A stretch of 64,000 nt of DNA, from assembly GCA_050251055.1 (NCBI GenBank), contig JBFWNL010000001.1:11815-75814 (forward strand), given 5' to 3'. The notes beneath the pieces are model-generated. The model saw only the letters and a program-made list of their open reading frames with translations. It did no database searches and was not told where the DNA came from. Origin of the DNA: Bacteriovoracia bacterium. GTDB taxonomy: Bacteria; Bdellovibrionota; UBA1018; JBFWNL01. Position numbers and translations under genes: made by a program. Of this stretch, positions 56,485 to 64,000 are shown piece by piece (position 1 is the first letter of the stretch; every line of letters begins with the position of its first letter).

Positions 56485-56562
56485 TGGGGTGACCGAGGGG
56501 ACTTGAACCCCCGACCCTCGGAATCACAATCCGATGCTCTAACCAACTGAGCTACGGCCACC
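56485..56562 (-). tRNA. tRNA-His (GTG)
   Basis: GGTGGCCGTAGCTCAGTTGGTTAGAGCATCGGATTGTGATTCCGAGGGTCGGGGGTTCAAGTCCCCTCGGTCACCCCA: cloverleaf, G-1/C73, encoded CCA. Confidence 0.98.
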
Positions 56563-56675
56563 ATGGTAAAAAACTGAGTAGATCCAGAGTCTTGTGCTTT
56601 GGGGTTAAGCCTTTTCTTGACTCTCGTCAATAGGTTCGGCTTGCGCTTTTATCTACCTTCCCTTAACCATTTACT

Positions 56676-57284
56676 ATGGGGTTCGCTTGGCGTCATCTGC
56701 GTTTTTTGGGGGCTATCATTATAGTGGCTGCGGGGGGGCCGGCTTGGGCGGGGTTCCATAGTACGGCTTCTTTTGTTCCTCCGGGGGCCTTTTCCTTGGG
56801 GTTTGAGCCCGAACTGGTGCTCACGCAGCCGGCTTCGATGGGGTTTAACCTCAAGTACACTCACGGCATTTCGGATATCACTAACCTGGGTTTGATTATT
56901 GGCTCGGGTGGGGGTGACCGGGGGTTTCGGTTGGGAGGGCAGGGGATATTTGATTTCTTTCCGGATACGGAGTCCCAGCCGGGGTTGGGGATGGCGGTGC
57001 AGGGGACGTATATCCGCGGGGTGAACTCGGGGCGGTTTGAGACTTTCTTTCAGCCTTACTTTCATAAAAGTTTTCATGGCAAGGGCGGGACGGAATACGA
57101 CCCGTTCGTGGCAGTGCCGTTTGGGTTTGGCTTAGGGGGCGACGGGGATTATTCGGGAATGGCGTCACTGGTCTTGGGCTCGGCGATTCGGCTTTCGGAT
57201 ACGGTGAAGGCGACGGTGGAGCTCGGGGTCGCGATTAATCGCACGCAAAGTTATTTTTCTACCGGGGTGGTCTACTCCCGGTGA
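56676..57284 (+). CDS. Outer-membrane beta-barrel-like protein
   Basis: Signal peptide ending AWA; Gly/aromatic amphipathic strands. Confidence 0.7.
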   Translation: MGFAWRHLRFLGAIIIVAAGGPAWAGFHSTASFVPPGAFSLGFEPELVLTQPASMGFNLKYTHGISDITNLGLIIGSGGGDRGFRLGGQGIFDFFPDTESQPGLGMAVQGTYIRGVNSGRFETFFQPYFHKSFHGKGGTEYDPFVAVPFGFGLGGDGDYSGMASLVLGSAIRLSDTVKATVELGVAINRTQSYFSTGVVYSR

Positions 57285-58240
57285 GCGCGCCAAAGGGCGT
57301 GTTGCAAGGTGCGGAAGCCTTGGCGGTGCGCGCGCAGGCGGCTCGCGTGGCGCTCGCGGCGACGATCCTGCTGACTTTCTTTAAATTCGCGGTCGCCCTT
57401 TACATGGGATCGGTGGGGGTGCTCTCGGAAGCGATTCACTCGCTACTGGATCTCTTATCCGCAGGCATTGCCTTCTTTACGGTGAGAGCGGCGGTGCAGC
57501 CGGCGGATCAGGACCACCCCTACGGACACGGGAAGTTTGAAACGGTCTCGAGCCTGTTTGAGGCGCTTTTGCTCTTTGCGGCGGCGGGCTTTGTGGTTTG
57601 GGAAGGCTGGCGGGCGTGGCTGAATCCCGCGCCCCTGCAACACGAATGGCTGGCGATCGCGGTGATGGGGCTGTCCCTGCTGGCAAGCTACCTGGTTTAT
57701 CGACACAATATTGGGGCCGCGCGCGCGACGGAAAGCCGAGCGATCGAGGCGAATGCAATTCACTTTCTGGCCGACGTGGTGACGAGCGGCGGGGTGCTCG
57801 CGGGGTTGATCGCGATTTACTTCACGGGCCTGCAGGTGATTGACGCGCTGATGGCATTTGGGATCGCGGCCTACATTCTGTTCATGGCCGTGAAGCTGGT
57901 GAAGGCGGCGATTGCCGAGCTGGTCGATGTCCAGCTTCCGGCGGAAGAACTGGCGGACCTGGACGCGATCCTGGCTCGGTTTAAGCCCAAGGTGATCGGG
58001 GTGCACGAGCTGCGCACGCGGCGCTCGGGGTCGCATCGGCATATCGATTTTCACCTGTCGGTGTGCGGGGACTTCACGGTGAACCAGTCGCACTTCATCT
58101 GCGATGAGATGGAAGATAAAATCATGGAACGCTTCCCGGCGGCTTCGGTCAATATCCACGTCGAACCCTGCTCCCAGCACGACGCAAAAGATTGCCACTC
58201 GGTCTGTCAGTTCACGAAAAAGCCCCGAATCCGGGCCTAG
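57281..58240 (+). CDS. Cation diffusion facilitator transporter (FieF-like)
   Basis: SEAIHSLLD, PAD.DHPYGHGKFE, HFLAD, LRTRRSG, IHVEP. Confidence 0.95.
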   Translation: MSAPKGVLQGAEALAVRAQAARVALAATILLTFFKFAVALYMGSVGVLSEAIHSLLDLLSAGIAFFTVRAAVQPADQDHPYGHGKFETVSSLFEALLLFAAAGFVVWEGWRAWLNPAPLQHEWLAIAVMGLSLLASYLVYRHNIGAARATESRAIEANAIHFLADVVTSGGVLAGLIAIYFTGLQVIDALMAFGIAAYILFMAVKLVKAAIAELVDVQLPAEELADLDAILARFKPKVIGVHELRTRRSGSHRHIDFHLSVCGDFTVNQSHFICDEMEDKIMERFPAASVNIHVEPCSQHDAKDCHSVCQFTKKPRIRA

Positions 58241-58256
58241 GCTAGGAACGAACACG

Positions 58257-59057
58257 ATGAAAACGACTCCTTGGGAAAAAGTGAAGAAGGCGGAGCTGAA
58301 AGGCATTCGCGGGGTTTGTCTGGATATCGATGACACCCTGTCGACCGAAGGGAAGCTGACTTCCGAAGCCTACGAGGCCCTCTGGAGACTCAAAGCCGCG
58401 GGCTTCTGGGTGGTGCCGATCACGGGCCGTCCGGCGGGGTGGTGCGATCACTTCGCGCGCTTCTGGCCGGTGGACGCGATCGTGGGCGAAAATGGCGCGT
58501 TTACGTTTTATATGGAGGGCGGTGTCCGCAGGCGTATGGACACGCCGGGGTCGATTTCTCGGGTGGAGGCAGCGGAGCGCTTTGAGAAATTGGAGCGGGC
58601 GATTTTGTCGCGCTTCCCGCACGCGAAGTGGGCGTCCGACCAGGCTTACCGCGAGTACGATCTGGCGATTGATTTCTGCGAGGACGTGCCCGCCTGGCCC
58701 GAGCGCGATATCGATGAACTCGTTGCGATCTGTGAGCGCGAAGGGGCGCACGCGAAAATTTCCAGCATCCACGTCAATACCTGGTTTGGCGACGTGAACA
58801 AGCTGACGGGGTTTCACCACTGGCTGAAAAATGCCGCGGGTTCCGGAAGGAAAAAATCAAAGCCGCCGAAGCCCGACGCCTGGCTCTTTATCGGCGACTC
58901 GCCGAATGACGAACCGATGTTTGCCTCGTTTGCCAATACGGTCGGGGTGGCGAATCTGAAGAAGTACTTAAAGCGCCTGAAAACCCCACCGCGCTGGATT
59001 ACGAGCCAAAAGAGCGGCGCGGGGTTTGTTCAGATGGCCGATCGGCTGCTTCGCTAA
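58257..59057 (+). CDS. HAD-IIB family hydrolase
   Basis: DIDDTL, ITGRPAGWC, SSIHVN.WFG, GDSPND. Confidence 0.93.
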   Translation: MKTTPWEKVKKAELKGIRGVCLDIDDTLSTEGKLTSEAYEALWRLKAAGFWVVPITGRPAGWCDHFARFWPVDAIVGENGAFTFYMEGGVRRRMDTPGSISRVEAAERFEKLERAILSRFPHAKWASDQAYREYDLAIDFCEDVPAWPERDIDELVAICEREGAHAKISSIHVNTWFGDVNKLTGFHHWLKNAAGSGRKKSKPPKPDAWLFIGDSPNDEPMFASFANTVGVANLKKYLKRLKTPPRWITSQKSGAGFVQMADRLLR

Positions 59058-59097
59058 AAAGCAAAGCGGCCATGCCCTTGCGAGCATGACCGCCTTT
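59056..59097. terminator. Probable bidirectional terminator
   Basis: GCGGCCATGC/GCATGACCGC stem between convergent genes. Confidence 0.55.
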
Positions 59098-59125
59098 ATC
59101 CGATGAAAATCGGTTGAGCTATGCG

Positions 59126-61207
59126 TTATGACGGGTCGCGGTCGCTCTCGTAGCGGTCCGCCGGCGACTCGTCATCGTCGCTGTCGCGATCTTCGCGCTC
59201 ATCGTTACCGCGCTTGTCGGCCTGTCCGGGGCCGTAGAACTTGCCTTCGTTGCGACGGAAGGATTCTTCAATCGCGTCGGCTTCGCCCGGCTTGAGCGAG
59301 GAAGCGCGCAGGCGCTTCACCCAATCGGGAGCGTACAGGCAGTAGAACTTTCCGTACTCGCTGCCCTGCTCGCCGCGGTGAGCGCGCGTGCCGCTCGTGC
59401 CCATCCACCAGCGCGTGCCGGCGGGGAGATCCGAGCGAGGAATGTTCGTGAGCTTGCCGTTATAGAAGCCCGTCTTCTGGGTGCCCAAGCCCTGCGCGAT
59501 GGCATTGGCGGCGGGACCCCAGTTACGGTCGTCGGTGCTTAACTTCACGACGTTCATGCCCTTGAGCACGGCGGACTTGGCGGCGACGGCTTGCGCCGCG
59601 CTGCCTAAGGCCACCACGACCTTCGTGCCGGACTTCACCACTTCGGCGAGGATCGCGTCGCGCGCTTTCATGACGGCCGGATCGGTCGCCATGGCGATGA
59701 CTTCGCTTTCCTTCTGGCCTAAGGTGTCCACGGGAAGCGTGCGCAGGATGGCGTACTGGCCTTGCGAGCCAGTGCCTTCAAGGAGCGTCTGCAGCTTCTG
59801 TCCCAGCGTGTCGGTTAAGGCGCGGGCCGCGAAGAAGTCGTCGTTGCCACCTTGGTCGGCAAGCACGAGCAGCTTCGCGTTATCCAAACGCCCGCGGTAA
59901 GTCGGTCCGAAGCCGAAGCTCTGGTCGCTCACGGGAGCGTCGGCTTCGCGCAGGGCCGTGAAATCGGGCCAGGCGGTGAGCAGGCGAGCGAGCGTGCAGC
60001 CGTTTCTCAAGCCGCAGGGGCCGTAGTCGTATTCGCCGGCGTTTCCGCTTTCCCACTTCGCGGGCTCGTAAGGCAGATCGGAAGCCGACATGCCCTGGGC
60101 GCGCACGGGGTAACCCTTGTTGTTTTTCACGAGCGCGTCGCCGATATCGGACGGCTTGTCGCAGCTCTTGGCACGCGTGCCGTACTTCACGCCGTCGGCA
60201 AACACCGAGATCTGGTCGGCACCGTCGCGGTTAGACGACGTACCTTGCTTGCCCAGGCGCCAGTTCGTGCCGAACGCGAAGTCGCGGAACGGAACCGGCG
60301 AGTCCACGTACTGGTAGTTGTTGAGCTTAAGCACGGCGCCGGCGCGATTGGCCGCGCCTTCGTCGCCGGGGAGCCAGTTGCGGTCGCGCGACAGGCGATC
60401 GGCGATGCGCTTGGCCGCGGCCTTAAAGCCCGGAATGATGCTGTTCTTCAGCGCGTTCTCACCGCCGTTGCCCTGCTTGCCGCCGCCCGGGTGGGGCACG
60501 CCCACGACCAGCAGCTTGTTCTTGAGGCCGAACTTGCGCTCGACCGCGGAGGTGTCGCACTTGGCGATGTTGCCCGAGGCCGAACAGTTGGCGCCGTTGG
60601 CGTTCAACCAGCTCACGACGGAGGCCTTGCCGCCGCTACCCACGCCGATAATGAGCGAGAGCGAGTCTTTGTTGGTGGCGGCCATGTTGTTGAACAGGCG
60701 ATGGCGGTATTCCACGATGGGGCTGCCGCGGCCTTGCTCGAGCCATTTGAAGCGCGGGTCTTTCTCCAGCTGCCCGTTGATGGTGTAAACGAAGGTGTTC
60801 ATGATGAGGTAGCTACGGGTGATGCCAGCGGCGTTGAGGAGCGTCTGCGTCTTGGTGCCGGTCGAGCCGGTGAAAGCGCGGTTGGAGAGGTTTTCGTCCT
60901 GGGCGCCTTCTTGGCCGACGACGAAGACTTTGGCTTCGTTTTGGCCCAGGCGACCGCGGTACCACATCGGACCGAACATCCAGCGGAACTTGTCGCCGCC
61001 TAAGAAGCTCTCACCGATGGCGCGGTAGTTGGGCGCGCTCCCGAAGAGCTCGACCCATTTTGAATTTTTTGCCGGACCCGGATCGTACTCCGACGGATAT
61101 CCCCGACGCGCGTCGTATTGATACCCGCCCGCGAAGGCGGGCACGGACATCGTTGAAACCACAAACGAAGCCAGCGTGAGCAGGCTTACCCCTTTAACGG
61201 AATGCAT
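59126..61207 (-). CDS. Exported protein with two uracil-DNA-glycosylase-like domains
   Basis: Signal peptide ending AFA; GP..YRGRL...VVGQEGAQDE....AFTG..G...YLIMNT...HPG; second degenerate copy GPTYRGRL...LADQG..DD....ALT...GQKLQ. Confidence 0.75.
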   Translation of the reverse strand: MHSVKGVSLLTLASFVVSTMSVPAFAGGYQYDARRGYPSEYDPGPAKNSKWVELFGSAPNYRAIGESFLGGDKFRWMFGPMWYRGRLGQNEAKVFVVGQEGAQDENLSNRAFTGSTGTKTQTLLNAAGITRSYLIMNTFVYTINGQLEKDPRFKWLEQGRGSPIVEYRHRLFNNMAATNKDSLSLIIGVGSGGKASVVSWLNANGANCSASGNIAKCDTSAVERKFGLKNKLLVVGVPHPGGGKQGNGGENALKNSIIPGFKAAAKRIADRLSRDRNWLPGDEGAANRAGAVLKLNNYQYVDSPVPFRDFAFGTNWRLGKQGTSSNRDGADQISVFADGVKYGTRAKSCDKPSDIGDALVKNNKGYPVRAQGMSASDLPYEPAKWESGNAGEYDYGPCGLRNGCTLARLLTAWPDFTALREADAPVSDQSFGFGPTYRGRLDNAKLLVLADQGGNDDFFAARALTDTLGQKLQTLLEGTGSQGQYAILRTLPVDTLGQKESEVIAMATDPAVMKARDAILAEVVKSGTKVVVALGSAAQAVAAKSAVLKGMNVVKLSTDDRNWGPAANAIAQGLGTQKTGFYNGKLTNIPRSDLPAGTRWWMGTSGTRAHRGEQGSEYGKFYCLYAPDWVKRLRASSLKPGEADAIEESFRRNEGKFYGPGQADKRGNDEREDRDSDDDESPADRYESDRDPS

Positions 61208-61425
61208 GAATACTACCTCCAATGAATCAGAAACTAACCTTGCGCGGAGTGCTAGCACGGCGGGTTATTGCGTCGCAATGTAAATGAATTCCTTAATATA
61301 CTCATAACTTAGATTAAAAAAATAACTGTATAAAAACAGTCAGAATTAGTGCTCTTTCCCCAATGATTTTCTCCACGGAAATAACATTTGCCCGCCCCCG
61401 TGGGGTGGGGTTGAATCACGGGCCT

Positions 61426-63579
61426 ATGGGGAATGCGAATCGCGCGTTGGCAGGCGGAGTGCTTTTCATTTTTACGCTGAGCTTGTGGTTCACGCTGAGC
61501 TTGGGGGTGCTGCCGGGCGGGGCACCGTCGGCGTACGGCTGGGCGGAGCGGGGGCACCACTCCATCGCGGCGATGGCGGCGCGGGCGGTGAAGATGTGGG
61601 CGCCGAAGTACATGGGCGCAAAACCGCCCAAGGGGGGAGAGGAAGACGCCGAGCTTTACGAGGGCTTCGCCAAGTTCATGAGCGATCGCATGATCGCGCT
61701 CGGGCATTTGGCCAATATCCCGGACACCTCCTGGAAAGACTCGCAGAACAAACGGCGCATCTCGGACATGAATTCGCCGAACCACTACTTCGGCCCCGAG
61801 CGCCTGCTGGGCGCGCCCGCGGAGATGAGCGGCGAGAAGTTCGCGCAGTACCTAGAGAAGATCCGCGCCCTCACGCCGAAGTACGAAGACATCAAAAAAC
61901 AATACGACGGCAAAAAGCCCGTGCTCGAGGGCATGCCGCAGGACAAACTCTTTAGCACCTATTCGGATTTGGGTACGACGCCGTGGCGCGCGCAGCAGCT
62001 CTATGACCTGCTGGTAGCGGCCTGGAAGTGCGCCAAGGGCAAGGAAGGCGTGGCGGCGGATCCGAAGGCTCCCGTCACGCTCCCGTTTCGGTTGCCGGTC
62101 GACGGCGGCCTGGGGGAAAAAGACGAACCCCCGCTTCCCACCTACGCGTGCGACGCAAAAGTAACCCGCAAGTCGGATCTTTACGCTGCCTACGTGATCT
62201 CGGGCATCTTGGCGCATTTTATCGGGGATCAAACCCAGCCCTATCATCCCACCGCCGATTACGACGGCTGGGTGACGGGCAATGGCGGCATTCACGCTTA
62301 CTTTGAAGCCTCCGTCGTGCAGGCCCTGGACGAAGCGCTGAATTACGACGTGCTGGCGACCGCGCAGGACCCCGAGTTTCGCAAGACCGCGTGGGAGTCG
62401 ATCGCGCCGAATACCGCGGAGGGAGTCGCGCTGGATCTGAATGCTCCGCTCGGCGTGGTGAAGCTTTTGTACGGCATGGCGATTGACTCGCTCAACCACA
62501 AGGAACAGGTGCGCATGGCCGACGATTCGTTCGCCATCGTGCGTGGCAAAGACGCTTCGGGCGGTGTTGCGCTCAAAAAGAGCGAAGCGCTCCCGTGGGG
62601 CGATCACCCGCGCTACCACAAAGACCGCAAGATTTCCGAGGCCCAGCGCGTGACGGCTTCGCACCCGGACGTGATGAAGGGCTTTCGTCCCATCGTAGTC
62701 GAGCGCCTGGCCACGGGCGTGGTGGCGCTTTCGCGCGTGTGGTTTGAAGCCTGGAAGGCGGGCGGTAAGCCAAAGCTCAGCGACTTAAACGCGATCTCGC
62801 TCCCGTATCCCACCGACCCGCCCTTTATCTGGCCCGATTTCGATCTCGATGCGCTGGCCAAGAGCAAGCCCGGGTTTTTGCCGGACGGGGTGGCAGCGAG
62901 CGACGCGTTGAGCTGCAAGCATGCCGGCAATCCCGTGCCCGCGGTGCCCCAGGTGGGTGATGGGCGGGGCGACAAGTATCGTGATAAGTACCCCGCCGAG
63001 TGGTGGAAGAAGTTCTCGCGCGACGGCGCGCCCGATTGGGAAGTGCTGCCGCAGGACGCGGGCGAAGGGGAAGTGATTTTGTCGAAGCGCACGGAGCTGG
63101 GCATTTTTTCGAACTTCGCGGCGACGGCCATTGAGTTCAAGGGCAAGCGCTACGCTTCGATTGAGGGCTTCTGGCAGATGATGAAGTTCCCCGAAGGCAA
63201 GGACGACCCGCGATTGAAGGACCCCAAGATCGTGTGGAAGTACACGCGCGAGCAGGTGGCGCAGATGACGGCTTTCGATGCCAAGCACGCGGGCGATCAT
63301 GCCGGCGACAACATGAAAAAGCTGGGCATCACTTGGATCACGTTCGAAGGCAAACAGCTCGAGTACAAAGGCAAAGACCAGGACGCACACTACGCGCTGA
63401 TTTTCGGGATTACCCGCGAGAAGGTCGCGCAGCATGCCGAGGTGAAGCGCTTACTGCTTGCCACCGGCGATCTGATCCTTTGCCCGGACCACAAGGTATC
63501 GGAAGTGCCGACGAAGGCTTACCGGTACTATGACATGTACATGCAGATTCGGGCGGAGATGCAGCGCGGGGGCGAGTAG
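61426..63579 (+). CDS. Exported S1/P1 nuclease (phospholipase C/P1 fold) fused to a NADAR-like domain
   Basis: AYG|WAERGH, N.PD, NHYF, HFIGDQTQPYH, IHAYFE Zn ligands; C-terminal FSNF...F.GK.Y.SIEG.WQ..KF...K..QH..VK.LLLATGD. Confidence 0.8.
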   Translation: MGNANRALAGGVLFIFTLSLWFTLSLGVLPGGAPSAYGWAERGHHSIAAMAARAVKMWAPKYMGAKPPKGGEEDAELYEGFAKFMSDRMIALGHLANIPDTSWKDSQNKRRISDMNSPNHYFGPERLLGAPAEMSGEKFAQYLEKIRALTPKYEDIKKQYDGKKPVLEGMPQDKLFSTYSDLGTTPWRAQQLYDLLVAAWKCAKGKEGVAADPKAPVTLPFRLPVDGGLGEKDEPPLPTYACDAKVTRKSDLYAAYVISGILAHFIGDQTQPYHPTADYDGWVTGNGGIHAYFEASVVQALDEALNYDVLATAQDPEFRKTAWESIAPNTAEGVALDLNAPLGVVKLLYGMAIDSLNHKEQVRMADDSFAIVRGKDASGGVALKKSEALPWGDHPRYHKDRKISEAQRVTASHPDVMKGFRPIVVERLATGVVALSRVWFEAWKAGGKPKLSDLNAISLPYPTDPPFIWPDFDLDALAKSKPGFLPDGVAASDALSCKHAGNPVPAVPQVGDGRGDKYRDKYPAEWWKKFSRDGAPDWEVLPQDAGEGEVILSKRTELGIFSNFAATAIEFKGKRYASIEGFWQMMKFPEGKDDPRLKDPKIVWKYTREQVAQMTAFDAKHAGDHAGDNMKKLGITWITFEGKQLEYKGKDQDAHYALIFGITREKVAQHAEVKRLLLATGDLILCPDHKVSEVPTKAYRYYDMYMQIRAEMQRGGE

Positions 63580-63589
63580 CTGCGCGTCC

Positions 63590-63617
63590 GTGAGCGGTGA
63601 GCAGTGAGCGGTGAGCA
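63590..63617. repeat. Tandem heptamer (GTGAGCR)x4
   Basis: GTGAGCG GTGAGCA GTGAGCG GTGAGCA. Confidence 0.9.
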
Positions 63618-63649
63618 GGCAGCGGTTCGGTGTACGGTTTCGGTGGCGG

Positions 63650-63943
63650 TTAGCCGTGTCCGAGGCGGTAGATGTGGGCGGCTAGAATGTCCGCTTGAGT
63701 GACTAGTTCTGGGGTTCCGAATAGGTGCAACATGGCTTGTACTTCTCTCAGGGAACCTAATGCGATGAAATAGAATTTCTTTCGGTCTTTGACCGTCGGC
63801 TTCGCCGAGCCTTCGGCTAGGTTGAGAGGGATACTTAGCAAGGCCCTTTCGAATTGGTCCGCCCCGGGGCCGTTTGGCTTTACGACTTGGCAGCTACGGT
63901 AGAGGTCGATGGCTAGGTGATAGGTTCGGAAGTTTTTCAGCAT
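63650..63943 (-). CDS. Four-helix-bundle protein (23S rRNA IVS / bAvd-like family)
   Basis: DQFERA.LSI.LNLAEGS.K....DRK.FY.IALGSL.E. Confidence 0.92.
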   Translation of the reverse strand: MLKNFRTYHLAIDLYRSCQVVKPNGPGADQFERALLSIPLNLAEGSAKPTVKDRKKFYFIALGSLREVQAMLHLFGTPELVTQADILAAHIYRLGHG

Positions 63944-64000
63944 GGATTTCAGTCCCTTTTCTTTTTTTGTTTTGGGGGCGTTTTTGTGGCCCGGACCCGG

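Noticed and set aside
59852-61003. 383-aa + strand ORF
   Set aside because: Antisense shadow of the UDG-like gene
1-64000. CRISPR array, rRNA, transposase, integrase or reverse transcriptase
   Set aside because: No regularly spaced repeats, rRNA-like tracts or matching catalytic motifs seen by eye

Overview
GC-rich bacterial chromosomal window of about 60 genes. Gene style points to Bdellovibrionota/Oligoflexia (inference from many secreted hypotheticals and lipoproteins, pilin-like proteins with Cys-rich/Gly-rich tails, and TPR-wHTH regulators). Left to right: a truncated S8 protease missed by the ORF track, signalling and LPS genes, a stress cluster (BON, metallothionein-like, Fe/Mn SOD), a type III PKS-membrane protein-UbiG-like methyltransferase operon, a porin/binding-protein/histidine kinase operon, and a BacNav-like channel with an aberrant filter. 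Then secreted adhesin/enzyme genes, an AT-rich XRE + nucleotidyltransferase pair, twin Gly-rich lipoproteins, an ECF sigma operon and a pilin-like cluster. An accessory island downstream of tRNA-His holds an orphan antitoxin with a deleted toxin, an ORF6N protein, AT-rich unknown genes and an OLD-type ATPase-TOPRIM nuclease. Near the right end is a divergent pair of exported nucleic-acid enzymes. The two strongest leads: (1) a 55-bp palindrome just behind the ORF6N gene that is an in-frame second copy of the palindromic coding segment inside that gene; (2) an exported tandem UDG-like protein facing an exported S1/P1-NADAR fusion. All family calls come from motif recognition by eye; no database search was run.
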